From Macrostomum lignano (Eukaryota): a stretch of DNA of 64,000 nucleotides. Where the stretch lies: contig NIVC01000130.1 of the NCBI GenBank assembly GCA_002269645.1, positions 124,001 to 188,000 on the forward strand. The letters are read 5' to 3'. Each line of letters starts with the position of its first letter. The stretch's first letter is position 1. The notes beneath the pieces were generated by a model, which saw only the letters and a program-made list of their open reading frames with translations, searched no databases and was not told where the DNA came from. This document shows, one piece after another, positions 34,201-44,884 of the stretch. Position numbers and translations under genes: made by a program.

Positions 34201-37200
34201 GGGCAGCTCTACAATTAATGGATTTAACTCTCGTACCAATGTAACCGAGTTCGAATCCGTGCTCAAAGGGTCAAAAGACCTGAATTTCAACACTGGACCT
34301 AAATTTCAAAATATCTAAATTCCAAAAGACTTGAATTTCATCACTAGACCTAAATTTCAACACTGGACCTAAATTTCATCACTGGACCTAAATTTCATCA
34401 CTAGACCTAAATTTCATCACTAGACCTAAATTTCATCTCTAGACCTAAATTTCATCACTAGACCTAAATTTCATCACTGGACCTAAATTTCATCACTAGA
34501 CCTAAATTTCATCACTAGACCTAAATTTCATCACTAGACCTAAATTTCATCACTAGACCTAAATTTCATCACTTCACTGGACCTAAATTTCATCACTAGA
34601 CCTAAATTTCATCAATAGACCTAAATTTCATCAATAGACCTAAATTTCATCACTAGACCTAAATTTCATCACTAGACCTAAATTTCATCAATAGACCTAA
34701 ATTTCATCACTAGACCTAAATTTCATCACTAGACCTAAATTTCATCACTTCACTGGACCTAAATTTCATCACTAGACCTAAATTTCATCAATAGACCTAA
34801 ATTTCATCAATAGACCTAAATTTCATCACTAGACCTAAATTTCATCACTAGACCTAAATTTCATCAATATACCTAAATTTCATCACTAGACCTAAATTTC
34901 ATCACTAGACCTAAATTTCAGGCATCCAATTTTAGAAGAATAATAGTTTTGTTGGGAGAAGTGAGTACAAAAGTCAGGATTTTTTTTAGTCGCCCCCAGC
35001 AACCAGATACGGTGTGCGAGTATATAGCTACAGTATTATACTGGCTGTGTTGTGTATGGTGGGAATTTTGGGAAAAAATATGCTGTGTCTCCCACACTCA
35101 CCCGACCCCCCAAGTCCATTCTGCCGTGACGAAGAATGGCTCTATTGTTCTCGCCAGAACAGTAAAAAAACTTTAGTACAACCAACTGTGTAGGCACAAT
35201 ATGAGTTGAGTTGGAGTTTTCCCCGAAAGATAAAGCCACGGGAATTGGGGATTGTTTTGGCTCTGCTGACTCCTGCTGCATCCGAATTTGCACGGTTACC
35301 TAGCCAGCTGGACTTGTAATCTTGGATTGCCCTGTCTATCTGGCCCTCGGGTCCTTTGAAACTTGCAGTCCCGTCCGCTCACGGTTTGTGTCTCTTCTCA
35401 GCTCTCCTCTCCTCTTCTCTCCTTCCTCTCTCCTCTCCTCTGTCCTCTTTTCTCTCCTCTCTTCACCGCTCTCTCTTCTCCGCTCTCTCTTCTCCGCTCT
35501 CTCCTCTCCTCTTCTCTACTCTCCTTCCTCTCTCTTCTCTCTTCTCTCTTCTCACCTCTCTCTCCTCTCCTCTCCTCTCTTCTCTTCACTCTCCTCTCCT
35601 CTTCCTTCCTTCTCTTCACTCCTCTCTTCCTCCAGGTAAACAAGTTTGCCAAACTCTGCTTTAGATAACGGTTAAATTGCTCTATACGAGTAACTGCTTT
35701 ATGCGTTTAGTGATGGTGCAACGATGAATGATTTGTGCTTTAGCAAAAAATCAATTTCCACTGACTATAGGGGAAAAAGCTAGTTGTGATCTATGTCAAC
35801 TAGAGGTCATTGTATTTGCCTGCACCTTTTAATGAAAAAGTCAAATACCCGAATTAATTAGCTTATGCTACTAAATTGTTGCAACAGACTTGGCCTATGT
35901 AGATATCTGGCATACTGTTTAGTACCTCAGGTATGTTTACACATACACCTTGCATGTATTTATAACGGAGCTTAGCCAAGACAAAATGGAGAGCAGGTAG
36001 CCTTTTTTAAAAGAAGTTTTAAGTCCCGGTTTTCGAGGCGGGTTTACCTGGTACCTAACACGTAAGCTATTTGCCTTAATAGATACTTTCTAGATGATTC
36101 ACACACTGGACTATTCACAAACTGGACTATTCACAAACTGAACTATTCACAAACTGGACTATTCACAAACTGAACTATTCACAAACTGGACTATTCACAA
36201 ACTGGACTATTCACAAACTGAACTATTCACAAACCGGAGTATTCACAAACTGGACTATTCACAAACTGGACTATTCACAAACTGGACTATTCATAAACTG
36301 GACTATTCACAGACTGGACTATTCACAAACTGGACTATTCACAAACTGAACTATTCACAAACCGGAGTATTCACAAACTGGACTATTCACAAACTGGACT
36401 ATTCACAGGCTAGACTATTCACTGACGGGACTATTCACAAACGGGACTATTCACAAACTGGACTATTCACAGACTAGACTATTCACAGACTGGACTATTC
36501 ACAAACCGGAGTATTCACAAACTGGACTATTCACAAACTGGACTATTCACAAACTGAACTATTCACAGACTAGACTATTCACAAACTGGACTATTCACAG
36601 ACTAGACTATTCACAAACCGGAGTATTCACAAACCGGACTATTCACAAACTGGACTATTCACAAACTGGACTATTCACAAACTGAACTATTCACAGACTA
36701 GACTATTCACAAACTGGACTATTCACAAACTGGACTATTCACAAACTGAACTATTCACAGACTAGACTATTCACAAACTGGACTATTCACAGACTAGACT
36801 ATTCACAGACTAGACTTTTCACAAACTAGACTATTCACAAACTACAACTTGGAAACATCAGACTAGAAACTAGAAAAAAATCGATAATCACGTAACCTAT
36901 CTTGGTCACCTCTCTCTCTCCCTCCCCCAGCTATTCGACTGGTCCTTAGACTCGGGCGGCCCAGCCAATCCAGCTTCAGCTCTGCATCTCACCGCCGTCA
37001 TCTGCTACTCAAGCCGGCACTACGCCGTATTCCTTCGACACCGATCCGCCAACACCTGGTCCTGCCTGGACGACTCCCGGGTGACCCCGCTTGGCCCGAA
37101 CTGGTGTCCCCAGGTGGTTGATCGCTGCGTTGCCAACCGCTACCAGCCTCTGCTGCTGCTGTACGCCCGCGATCCCAAGCACTGCACTCCGCTAGATTTG

Positions 37201-39196
37201 ACAGCGGCTCCCAGACGAACCGAGCTAATCTCTCAGCCCATGGCTGCAACTTCCACGCAATCGGCCGCATCGTCGGTTGCTATGCCGTTGTCAAGCGCAG
37301 CGTCTTCGTCGCAACAATCGGCAAGGCTTGGAGGCGCGGCTAGTTACATATCGACTAGGAAGGTGGAGAGCATCCTGAGGCTGCAGCGGGTGCATCAGAT
37401 TGAAAGTCGGAAGGCCCAGCAACAACAACAACAGCAGCAACAGCAACAACCAGCATTTTCTTCAACCGGTGGCAGGCAAAGAGATTCGGGATTCTCTGAT
37501 CAGCTGGAAGCATCTCAGCCGCCTCCGCCGCCGCCGCCGCCTCCGTCGGCTGATCCGCTGACTGGCATCGAACGAATCAGCCTGGCCGAGTATCACGAGA
37601 CCTTGACTAAACTGGCCGCCGGGCATTGGAACCGCTGTCAGGTGAGCTGCTGGCTCTGTTGTTTCTGTATATGCATGCTTATCCTTGGCACTCCCATCCG
37701 CTCCTTATTCTCCCTCATCCGCCCCCTATCCACCTCCAATCCGCCCCTTATTCTCCCCTCATCCGCTCCCTATCCGCCCCCATCAGCCCCTTATTCTCCC
37801 CTCATCCGCTCCCTATCCACCCCCTATCCGCCCTCATCAGCCCCTTATCCGCCCCTTATCCAGCCCCCATACGCCCTTTATCCTCCCTATCCGCCCTTTA
37901 TCCTCACCCATCTGCCCCTTATCCGCCACCTCATCCGCCACCTTATCCGCCCCATCCGCCCCTTATCCGCCTCATCATCCTCCCCTTATTGAGGCGGGCC
38001 GTAGCCTAGTGCGTGGTCCAGCGCGACGTTCCGATGTGCCAGCGGCCCAGGCTCGATTCCAAGTGCAGTAAATAAAGTTAGGGCCGCTGTACACTCCTGT
38101 AGGGGTGTGTGCCTGTGCATGTGACTGCGTACGTATCCGCGCGCTTGTGTGCCTGCTCAGGGGAGTCGGCGGAATGGGCAGCAATGCCTCTCGCCGGTTG
38201 TGCGACAATGTCGCTTAAAGTGCGCCTCCCTTTAACCAAAACACCACCCCTTATCCGCCCCTCCTCCGTCCCATCATCCGCCCCCGCTAATCCGTCTCCC
38301 CCACCAACTGTAACCCGCAGTCCGCCGGGCAGCGAGGCGACCTGCACGCGGCCCTGTACTCGTGCGCCCAGGCCGAGGTGGCCTTCGACCAGGCCAGCCG
38401 GGTGCCCTCAGTCGGCACGGAGGCCAGAGAGTCGGCGGCTCGTTCGGCCGCCAGATGTCGCGAGCGTCGAGCCCAACTGCAGCGAGCTTTGTCGGCGAAT
38501 TCCACAACCCAGGCGGCCGCAGCTGCCGTTGCCGCGGCCACCGCTGAAGCAGCGACGACATTCAACAACTGCGGCTATGTCGGCGGCGGCGTCTATGTCG
38601 GCGGCGGCGGCGGCGGCAGTCTGCCCGACGACTCCGGCTGCGACACCCTCAGCGACGATCGTTCGCCCCAGCCTCAGCCTCCGCCTCAGCCTCCAGGTCC
38701 GCCTTCATCATCTCTATACATCAGCAACATCAAGAAGAAGCCCCCGCCGCCACCTCCGCCTCAGCGGGTGTCCAGCATGCAGAGGACTTTATCGCAGTCG
38801 GATCTCTTTGAATCTGCAGCAGCAGCTGATGCTGCACCACCGCCGAGGGCTGCCAGAACTCCTGGCGTGGTTAGGAAGTCTTGCCTTCAACAGCAGCAGC
38901 AATATCCCACGAAAAAGTCCGTCACCTTCTGCGAATTAGTGACAGAAGTTCAGGTGACGCCGACTGGCTGCCTGTCTGAAGCTGAGGATGAAGACTTCGA
39001 TGAACAAGTTCAGCAACAGCGGCAGGGGGGTGAGCAGGGAATTTCCGGCGGCATAGTCTGGTGCCACATGTGCCGGCGTCAGCCAGTGAATAACACTACT
39101 AACAGTAATACTATATTAGCGAATTCGTCCAACTCTTTGCAATGCTGCGAGGCTTGCCAAGCTTATATAGCAAAATTTGCGCCAGGCCAAACTTGA
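22252..39196 (+). CDS. USP54: USP53/USP54/echinus-like deubiquitinase, 4 coding exons, about 811 aa
   Basis: Exons 22252-22500, 23142-23741, 36931-37641 and 38321-39196, all phase 0 and GT-AG (2436 nt). [74 protein letters not shown] and [10 protein letters not shown] match the USP53/54 family by recall; exon 4 begins with an MIT-like helix ([20 protein letters not shown]). Confidence 0.9.
22540..23090. repeat. 33-bp minisatellite in USP54-like intron 1
   Basis: Unit ATGTCTATAGATGTCTAGTAGACAGTTCTATGA, degenerate at the edges. Confidence 0.85.
23768..25572. repeat. 24-bp G-rich minisatellite, about 75 copies (USP54-like intron 2)
   Basis: Unit TGGGATGGAGTTTCTATGGGGATT; source of the NPHRNSIP and MEFLWGFG pseudo-ORFs. 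Confidence 0.97.
26283..28060. repeat. 22-bp purine-rich minisatellite, about 80 copies
   Basis: Unit GCGGAGAGAGCGGAAGGAGGGA with GATGTA, GGTA and GTGG variants. Confidence 0.97.
28775..29440. repeat. Pyrimidine-rich compound repeat
   Basis: Unit approximately (TGTC)nTGTGTCTCCCCTTTCCTCCC. Confidence 0.9.
30170..32290. repeat. 48-bp minisatellite (47-bp variants), about 44 copies
   Basis: Unit GGTTTATGAAGTGACACACAAGACAGGCTGGGGAATGTGAAGATCTGG. Confidence 0.97.
33195..33645. repeat. About 27-30-bp poly-G minisatellite
   Basis: Unit GATATTTT(G)6-9ACTTCTCACGATT. Confidence 0.9.
34290..34920. repeat. 19-bp minisatellite
   Basis: Unit ACTAGACCTAAATTTCATC, about 32 copies. Confidence 0.95.
35395..35632. 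repeat. CT-rich low-complexity tract
   Basis: Almost pure CTC/CTT tract ending at CCTCCAG|GTAAAC. Confidence 0.9.
36105..36845. repeat. 16-bp minisatellite, about 46 copies
   Basis: Unit ACTGGACTATTCACAA; it ends about 85 bp before the exon 3 acceptor. Confidence 0.95.
37690..37990. repeat. C-rich degenerate repeat in USP54-like intron 3
   Basis: Recurring CCCCTTATCCGC and CCTCATCCGC units. Confidence 0.8.
37991..38235 (+). mobile_element. tRNA-derived SINE family 1, copy A (internally deleted)
   Basis: Head GGGCCGTAGCCTAGTG...CCCAGGCTCGATTCCAAGTGCAG with Pol III A- and B-box-like motifs; the body matches the reverse complement of 44534-44884. Confidence 0.8.
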
Positions 39197-39444
39197 CTGC
39201 TTCATCACCTTCGCAGCCTCCCGCACTAATAGACTCCGGTTCGTTGCTTCTGTTGTTGAATTTAACCTTTAGCTAGTATTATTAATATAATTTATAATTA
39301 ATTTTTTATTTTTAATCGTGTTTTGTATTCTCATATATCTCTATATATTCTACTACTTTCATGTAATGCTGTTTATTATTATGGTTTATGAATTTTGCTT
39401 TGTTTTCTATCATGATCATCTAGCTAAAGTTTAATATGCTGCAG

Positions 39445-40470
39445 GAATAGAATGGATTGCTAATCTATTCACTATAAATGGATTATAGAGGAATAGAATG
39501 AATTTTTAATCTATTCACCTTATATGGATCAGAGAGGAATAGAATGGATTGCTAATCTATTCACCATATATGGATCAGAGAGGAATAGAATGGATTGCTA
39601 ATCTATTCACCATATATGGGTCAGAGAGGAATAGAATGGATTGCTAATCTATTCACCATATATGGATCAGAGAGGAATAGAATGGATTGCTAATCTATTC
39701 ACCATATATGGATCAGAGAGGAATAGAATGGATTGCTAATCTATTCACCATATATGGATCAGAGAGGAATAGAATGGATTGCTAATCTATTCACCATATA
39801 TGGATCAGAGAGGAATAGAATGGATTGCTAATCTATTCACCATCATACATGCGCAACAGTCGGCCGAGTCGGCCGGTCCGGCCGACCGATTTGGCGGCCA
39901 ACCAAGGAAGTCGCAAAAATGCCCACCCGAAAAAATAACCAAGTAGTAGTACTAAGTAGCTGACGAGGCATTTTGACCTAATAATACAGTCAAAGTTACT
40001 CCTACCGTTTACCCAAAGTTGCGTTAATTTTGCTTTAGGGTTTTTTACATCTAAGTCGCATTTTTGGCCAAAAACTACGTCGCATTTTTGTTAAAACTAA
40101 GTCGCATGGCCGACCGAATTTTGGAGGTTGCGCATGTATGTTCACCATATATGGATCAGAGAGGAATAGAATGGATTGCTAATCTATTCACCATATATGG
40201 ATCAGAGAGGAATAGAATGGATTGCTAATCTATTCACCATATATGGATCAGAGAGGAATAGAATGGATTGCTAATCTATTCACCATATATGGATCAGAGA
40301 GGAATAGAATGGATTGCTAATCTATTCACCTTATATGGATCAGAGAGGAATAGAATGGATTGCTAATCTATTCACCATATATGGATCAGAGAGGAATAGA
40401 ATGGATTGCTAATCTATTCACCATATATGGATCATAGAGGAATAGAATGGATTGCTAATCTATTCAGTAA
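39445..40470. repeat. 46-bp minisatellite 3' of the USP54-like stop, interrupted by a MITE
   Basis: Unit ATATGGATCAGAGAGGAATAGAATGGATTGCTAATCTATTCACCAT. Confidence 0.95.
39844..40140. mobile_element. MITE of the CATACATGCGCAAC family inserted in the 46-bp array
   Basis: Perfect 14-bp TIRs; 8-bp TSD TTCACCAT (39836-39843 and 40141-40148); internal sequence is homologous to 13627-13892. Confidence 0.92.
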
Positions 40471-42517
40471 ACTACATCTTGGATTGCTAGTCTAGGCTTC
40501 AATAACACTGTTACTATGGCTTCTCAGAAGCTGTTCAGCTAAAGTACTTACCCAGCCAGCTCCGGGCATTGCGTCAGCCAGTGACAGAAGTTATAAAACT
40601 TAGTATTCATGGCTCTCAAAATATTATTGTCTTATATTAATATAGCGGACCATAAATTTGGCAAGAGTTGCGGTCAAGTTTAAAAGAAGTTTTGTTAGTA
40701 GCAAAGTTGGATCAATAAGTTAATTTAGAAGTTCGTTGTCTTGCGCGCATATTGAATTTTTTATTTATATACTTCCACTCCTGTATACTGTATAATATGC
40801 ACATAGAGTTTTTGTTCTTCAGTTATCTTTGCTCCAACCGGGTTATTATCATAATTTATGCACAAATATGCGACAAACGCAACTCTTTTTAGGCGGATAA
40901 TGCAAAAAAACACGTTTATGAGAAAACTTTTTAAAGGAATTATAATACTGCTAGCGTCTCTTTAACCTACTGTTAGTAGAAAGTAACGCTTTTTCGCTAA
41001 AAATTCTGGCTACGCTGTATAATTTTTTCGTTTAAATTCATTATCTTGAAAATGAAGATGAATTTTTGCATAATACAATTGGTTGCTGTGTTTTTGTTTT
41101 AACTTGTGGCGTAAAAAATCAATGCTGTGTTTTGAATTCCGGTTTGCAATTTTATTTTTAACTTTCGGCTGTAAGCTCTGTTTATTGTCAATTTAGCAAC
41201 GTCACTGAAATGCCAAAAAACTACAAACTGTTTTGAAAGCTGTTTTGCAAATAAAGTTGCTGTGAATTATTTTGTTTAATTTTTTATTATTTTAATTTAA
41301 CAATTTTAGCAAAGCTAACCTAACAAGGTAGACATCGGATGCAAAAAAATTAAATTAATATTTTGACGTTCTCAGTCGCACAAATCTTTTTCTTACAATC
41401 TTTTTTGCGCACAAACTATTGACTAAACCATTTTTTTCTGTCCATTGATTCACCACAGAGCCCCTGCCAGTGCAATATGAGATTTTGAGTTTTTTTGAAA
41501 ATCATTTTTTTAGGGAAATTTTGAGACTGTGTAGTTTGTGTTTCATCGATACATTCAGATTCAGGCAGCCAGAACTTGTTATTCGATTTGACCATATCTT
41601 ATATATACTACTCACATAAGTAGTTGGAGTGCGCGATTATTGTTGTCATTTGTTTTGTTGTTAATTAATATTTTTATAAAAATTTGTTTAAATTGCCATT
41701 TTTCTGGAATTGTTGTTTGTAAATATTGCTTGCGCATTGTTATTGAAGTCGAACAAAACATCTGCTTCTATCACTGCTGGACCAAATTATTCTACAAATC
41801 ATTTCTGTACAAACCAATTTTATATGCAAACATAAATTTAACAACACCAGGAAACTCCTCCCCGACAAGAGAGGAACCCCTGCTGCGGCATTCCAAGCAA
41901 TCAAACTGATTGCTTTTTTGTTTTATGACCGCCTAAACTATATAACCTTCCGGTTTAAAGTACCGAGACTTTTATAGATAACCAATCTTCGTTACTGTAG
42001 ACTAGTTACGAAAGGCGCCGTTGGGGAGTTTAAGCTGGGGGTAAGAGCCAATAAAATTAGTCTTGGCTTTAAAAATACATTAAAATGCTTCTGTTTAACT
42101 TACTACTGAACTAAAAGTAGCATATACGCAACTGCGCTGAGTGGCCCATCTTAGTTATTCTCGTATCTGTGGGGTTCTTGTAGGGGTCGAGCACTTCTCA
42201 GGGTAAATAAATATATACTGTCAAAACTTCCTCAACAAATATAGAAAACGAGCGATCGAACTATTCGAGATTTTATTGTGAAATAAATATTAGTTTTGAG
42301 AACTATAAATTGTACATGTACTAATTTGCAGGAAAAACTCATTTCAAGGGTACCAGAGTAGTGCTGCACATCTACAAAAATGAAGCATAGCATTGACAAG
42401 AAATAAAAAAACTGTTGATAGAGAATATTTATTTGACTAGAATTCAGGATATGAAGCAGAATCGATCTAAAGATTAAATTGAACAATGAACACATTTATC
42501 AGTTATACGTAAGTTAA

Positions 42518-42850
42518 TAAAAAATAATAATAATTGATTACACGCGCCCTAATAGGCAGATGTGCAACCGACAGCTCAGCCACAGCTATTGCGCGGCGCA
42601 TCTGAAGGCTGCGTACGGCTGTTCAGTCCAAGGACTGGGGGGTCGCCACAGACCCTCAGTTACCCCAGCTAATGCTGGCACCCATTTTACAGCTGGGTGA
42701 ACTGAAGCAATGCAGAGTCAACTGTCTTGCTCAAGGACACAAATCCTTGAGCAAGGATTTGGAGGGGGAATTGTAGCCTAGTGGTTAAAGCATCGGACTC
42801 ACGACTAGAGGGTCGGGGGTTCGATTCTCGACCCACTCGGAACAATTTGT
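42518..42850 (-). mobile_element. tRNA-derived SINE family 2 with a MIR/CORE-like central domain and an inverted 5' head
   Basis: The minus-strand body reads TTTGTGTCCTTGAGCAAGACAGTTGACTC...CAGTTCACCCAGCTGTAAAATGGG (MIR/CORE-like) and ends in an (ATT)n tail. The tRNA head GGGGAATTGTAGCCTAGTGGTTAAAGC...GGTTCGATTCTCG lies on the plus strand at about 42764-42850. Flanked by GTAAGTTAA (42509-42517 and 42851-42859). Confidence 0.8.
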
Positions 42851-42987
42851 GTAAGTTAAACAAATCACATTGCACTAAAGATTTGTACTCTGTATTCAGT
42901 CAAGAATGTTATTAAATTTGCATTTTTATAACGATACCCCTCGTCAATGATGGGGAGAAACTACTGACACCAAATTGACATAATAAT

Positions 42988-43956
42988 TCAGAACGATCCC
43001 GACACCAGGCACTCAAACGTCTTCATTGAATAGGAGTGCACGAACGGGTAAACCAAATCTTGCGACGTAAATGATATGCCAACTCCAGCAATAGGCTGCG
43101 TCTGGTTGAAAGCAAACGGAGGTTCGAAGTATTTTCCGTTCGGATTGAACAAGTGGCAGAAGGAGTACCACCAGCCTCCTTTAAATTGATAAGCGCAGTT
43201 CTGAGTCCCTGCAGCATCTTGATCTCTGTCCATAGTACTGAACATATTTCCACTGAGATAGTTTGCGCTGCTATGGCTGGGAGCTACCACATTCGATCTG
43301 CTCAAATCTTGCTCTCCAACGCTGACTCGGTATCCCTGACTGGCGTTCTGCACGGCGAAGTGCTCGTCCTCGACGTAGTAGCGAGTGTCGTTCCAGTCGC
43401 TCATCTCCCACCTCACGCGCCTGTCTCCGGCTCGAGTGAGCTGGTGGATCGCCTCCAGACCCATCCAGTAGTTTCTGTCCTCGCCCTGGCCGAATTCGGT
43501 CAAGTATTCAGTCCAGTTCCGGTAGAAGTCCGCCGGACCGTCCACTCGGTGCTGGAAGGTGCGCCAGCAGGTTCTTCCGAGCTCATCAAGCTGTCTCACC
43601 TGTAATATCACGGTTAGTCATAATACATCACGATAGCAACAGGCATAATAGAATAAAAAGTGAGCACCTACCAGCAGCAGAGGCAGAGTCGAGTTTCTCG
43701 CATTGCGACACTTCCTGCATCCGCTCGATCCAAGCTGGCAGCTGTACAATCGACAGATGCCGCCGAGCTCAGTGAACTCGACCGCTTGGTGCTGCGGTCC
43801 AGCGAGAGCCGCACACTCTAAGTTGCTCCGGACATCAGCCACGGATCTGTTAAGCTTGTACTCGCTCAGTTCGTCTCTCTGCACAAGCCATTGGTGCTGG
43901 CTGCAGAAACTGGCGCCGCAGCAAAAAATGGCGAACACGAGCAGTGAGTAGAGCAT
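42988..43956 (-). CDS. Secreted fibrinogen-related (FReD) protein with an N-terminal PAN/Apple-like module, 2 exons, about 298 aa
   Basis: Exon 1 is 43956-43672 (signal peptide MLYSLLVFAIFCCGASFC; LECAALA..AVEF..GGICRLYS). A 72-bp GT-AG intron follows. Exon 2 is 43599-42988 with WRTFQHRVDG.ADFYRNWTEY..FG, YWMGLEAIHQLT, FSTMDRDQD and NCA..KGGWWYSFCHLFNPNG. Confidence 0.88.
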
Positions 43957-44533
43957 AGCCTATAGTTTGCGAATGGGAAACTGAGTTGCCGGAAAAATTT
44001 AGGCGATGGTTAGCTGCTACCTGTGCTGCAAGAGGGCTTTTGGAAGAAGACACTTTATCTGCATTTACCCTCCATCCACAGTCAAGCTTTTGCGTTGCTA
44101 AGAAATAGTTTTTTTGCTGTCCCTGAGTGAATGTCTAAACCGTTTGGATGCCTGTTGGCAATCATGGGGAAGACTTAGCGGAGCCCAGCTGGCAACTCAC
44201 AACCCAGTTTGCTGGGAGAAGAAAGCTAATTAAACCACACTGCGTGCGTGGGCCGCGTGGTGCAGGATTCCTTGCTATATTTGGTTTCCAACTCACAAAA
44301 TGCATTTTTTGCCAAATTGCAAATTTGCAAAGAAGCGCTGCTTCTTGGGTTTTTGTTTGAGTGGAAACTTCCATTCCTATTACACGCAACGATTGTGTAT
44401 TGTTTTAACAGAATCATTACATATTAATAAAGCCGTAGCAAGCTCCGTAGACGGAACTGTAATGAAAAAGGCTTCTCTCTGAAGGCAATTTTTGTTAAAG
44501 CTTAAACAGAAAGAAGCATTATTATTTTTAGTA

Positions 44534-44884
44534 GAGGCAGGGGGTTGTGTGCACCCTGGCGCACTTTAAGCGACATAGGCACACAACCGGCGAGAGGCAT
44601 TGCTGCCCATTCCGCCGACTCCCCTGAGCAGGCATACAAGCGCGCGGATACGTACGCAGGCACACACTCACACAGGAGTGTACAGCGGCCCTGACTTTAT
44701 TTATCGTTAGGCATGTATACTTCACTGCGCCTTGGGGGGTTGGCTCTCAAGGCCGTTAATTGCACGAGCAGAGCCAAGCCGAGATTCCAATTCAGCCCCA
44801 AATTAATGTGACTGCACTTGGAATCGAGCCTGGGTCGCTGGCACACCAGAGCAGCTGCGCTACCGCTGGGCTACGGCCCCCCTC
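44534..44884 (-). mobile_element. tRNA-derived SINE family 1, copy B (longer)
   Basis: Minus strand GGGGGCCGTAGCCCAGCGGTAGCGC...CCCAGGCTCGATTCCAAGTGCAG; it shares its body with 37991-38235 and has about 110 bp of extra internal sequence. Confidence 0.8.

Noticed and set aside
34190-34270. tRNA/SINE-like fragment with GAGTTCGAATCC
   Set aside because: A B-box-like motif only; no clear A box, body or TSD.
42764-42840. tRNA gene
   Set aside because: A and B boxes are present, but there is no convincing acceptor stem or poly-T terminator; it is the inverted SINE head.
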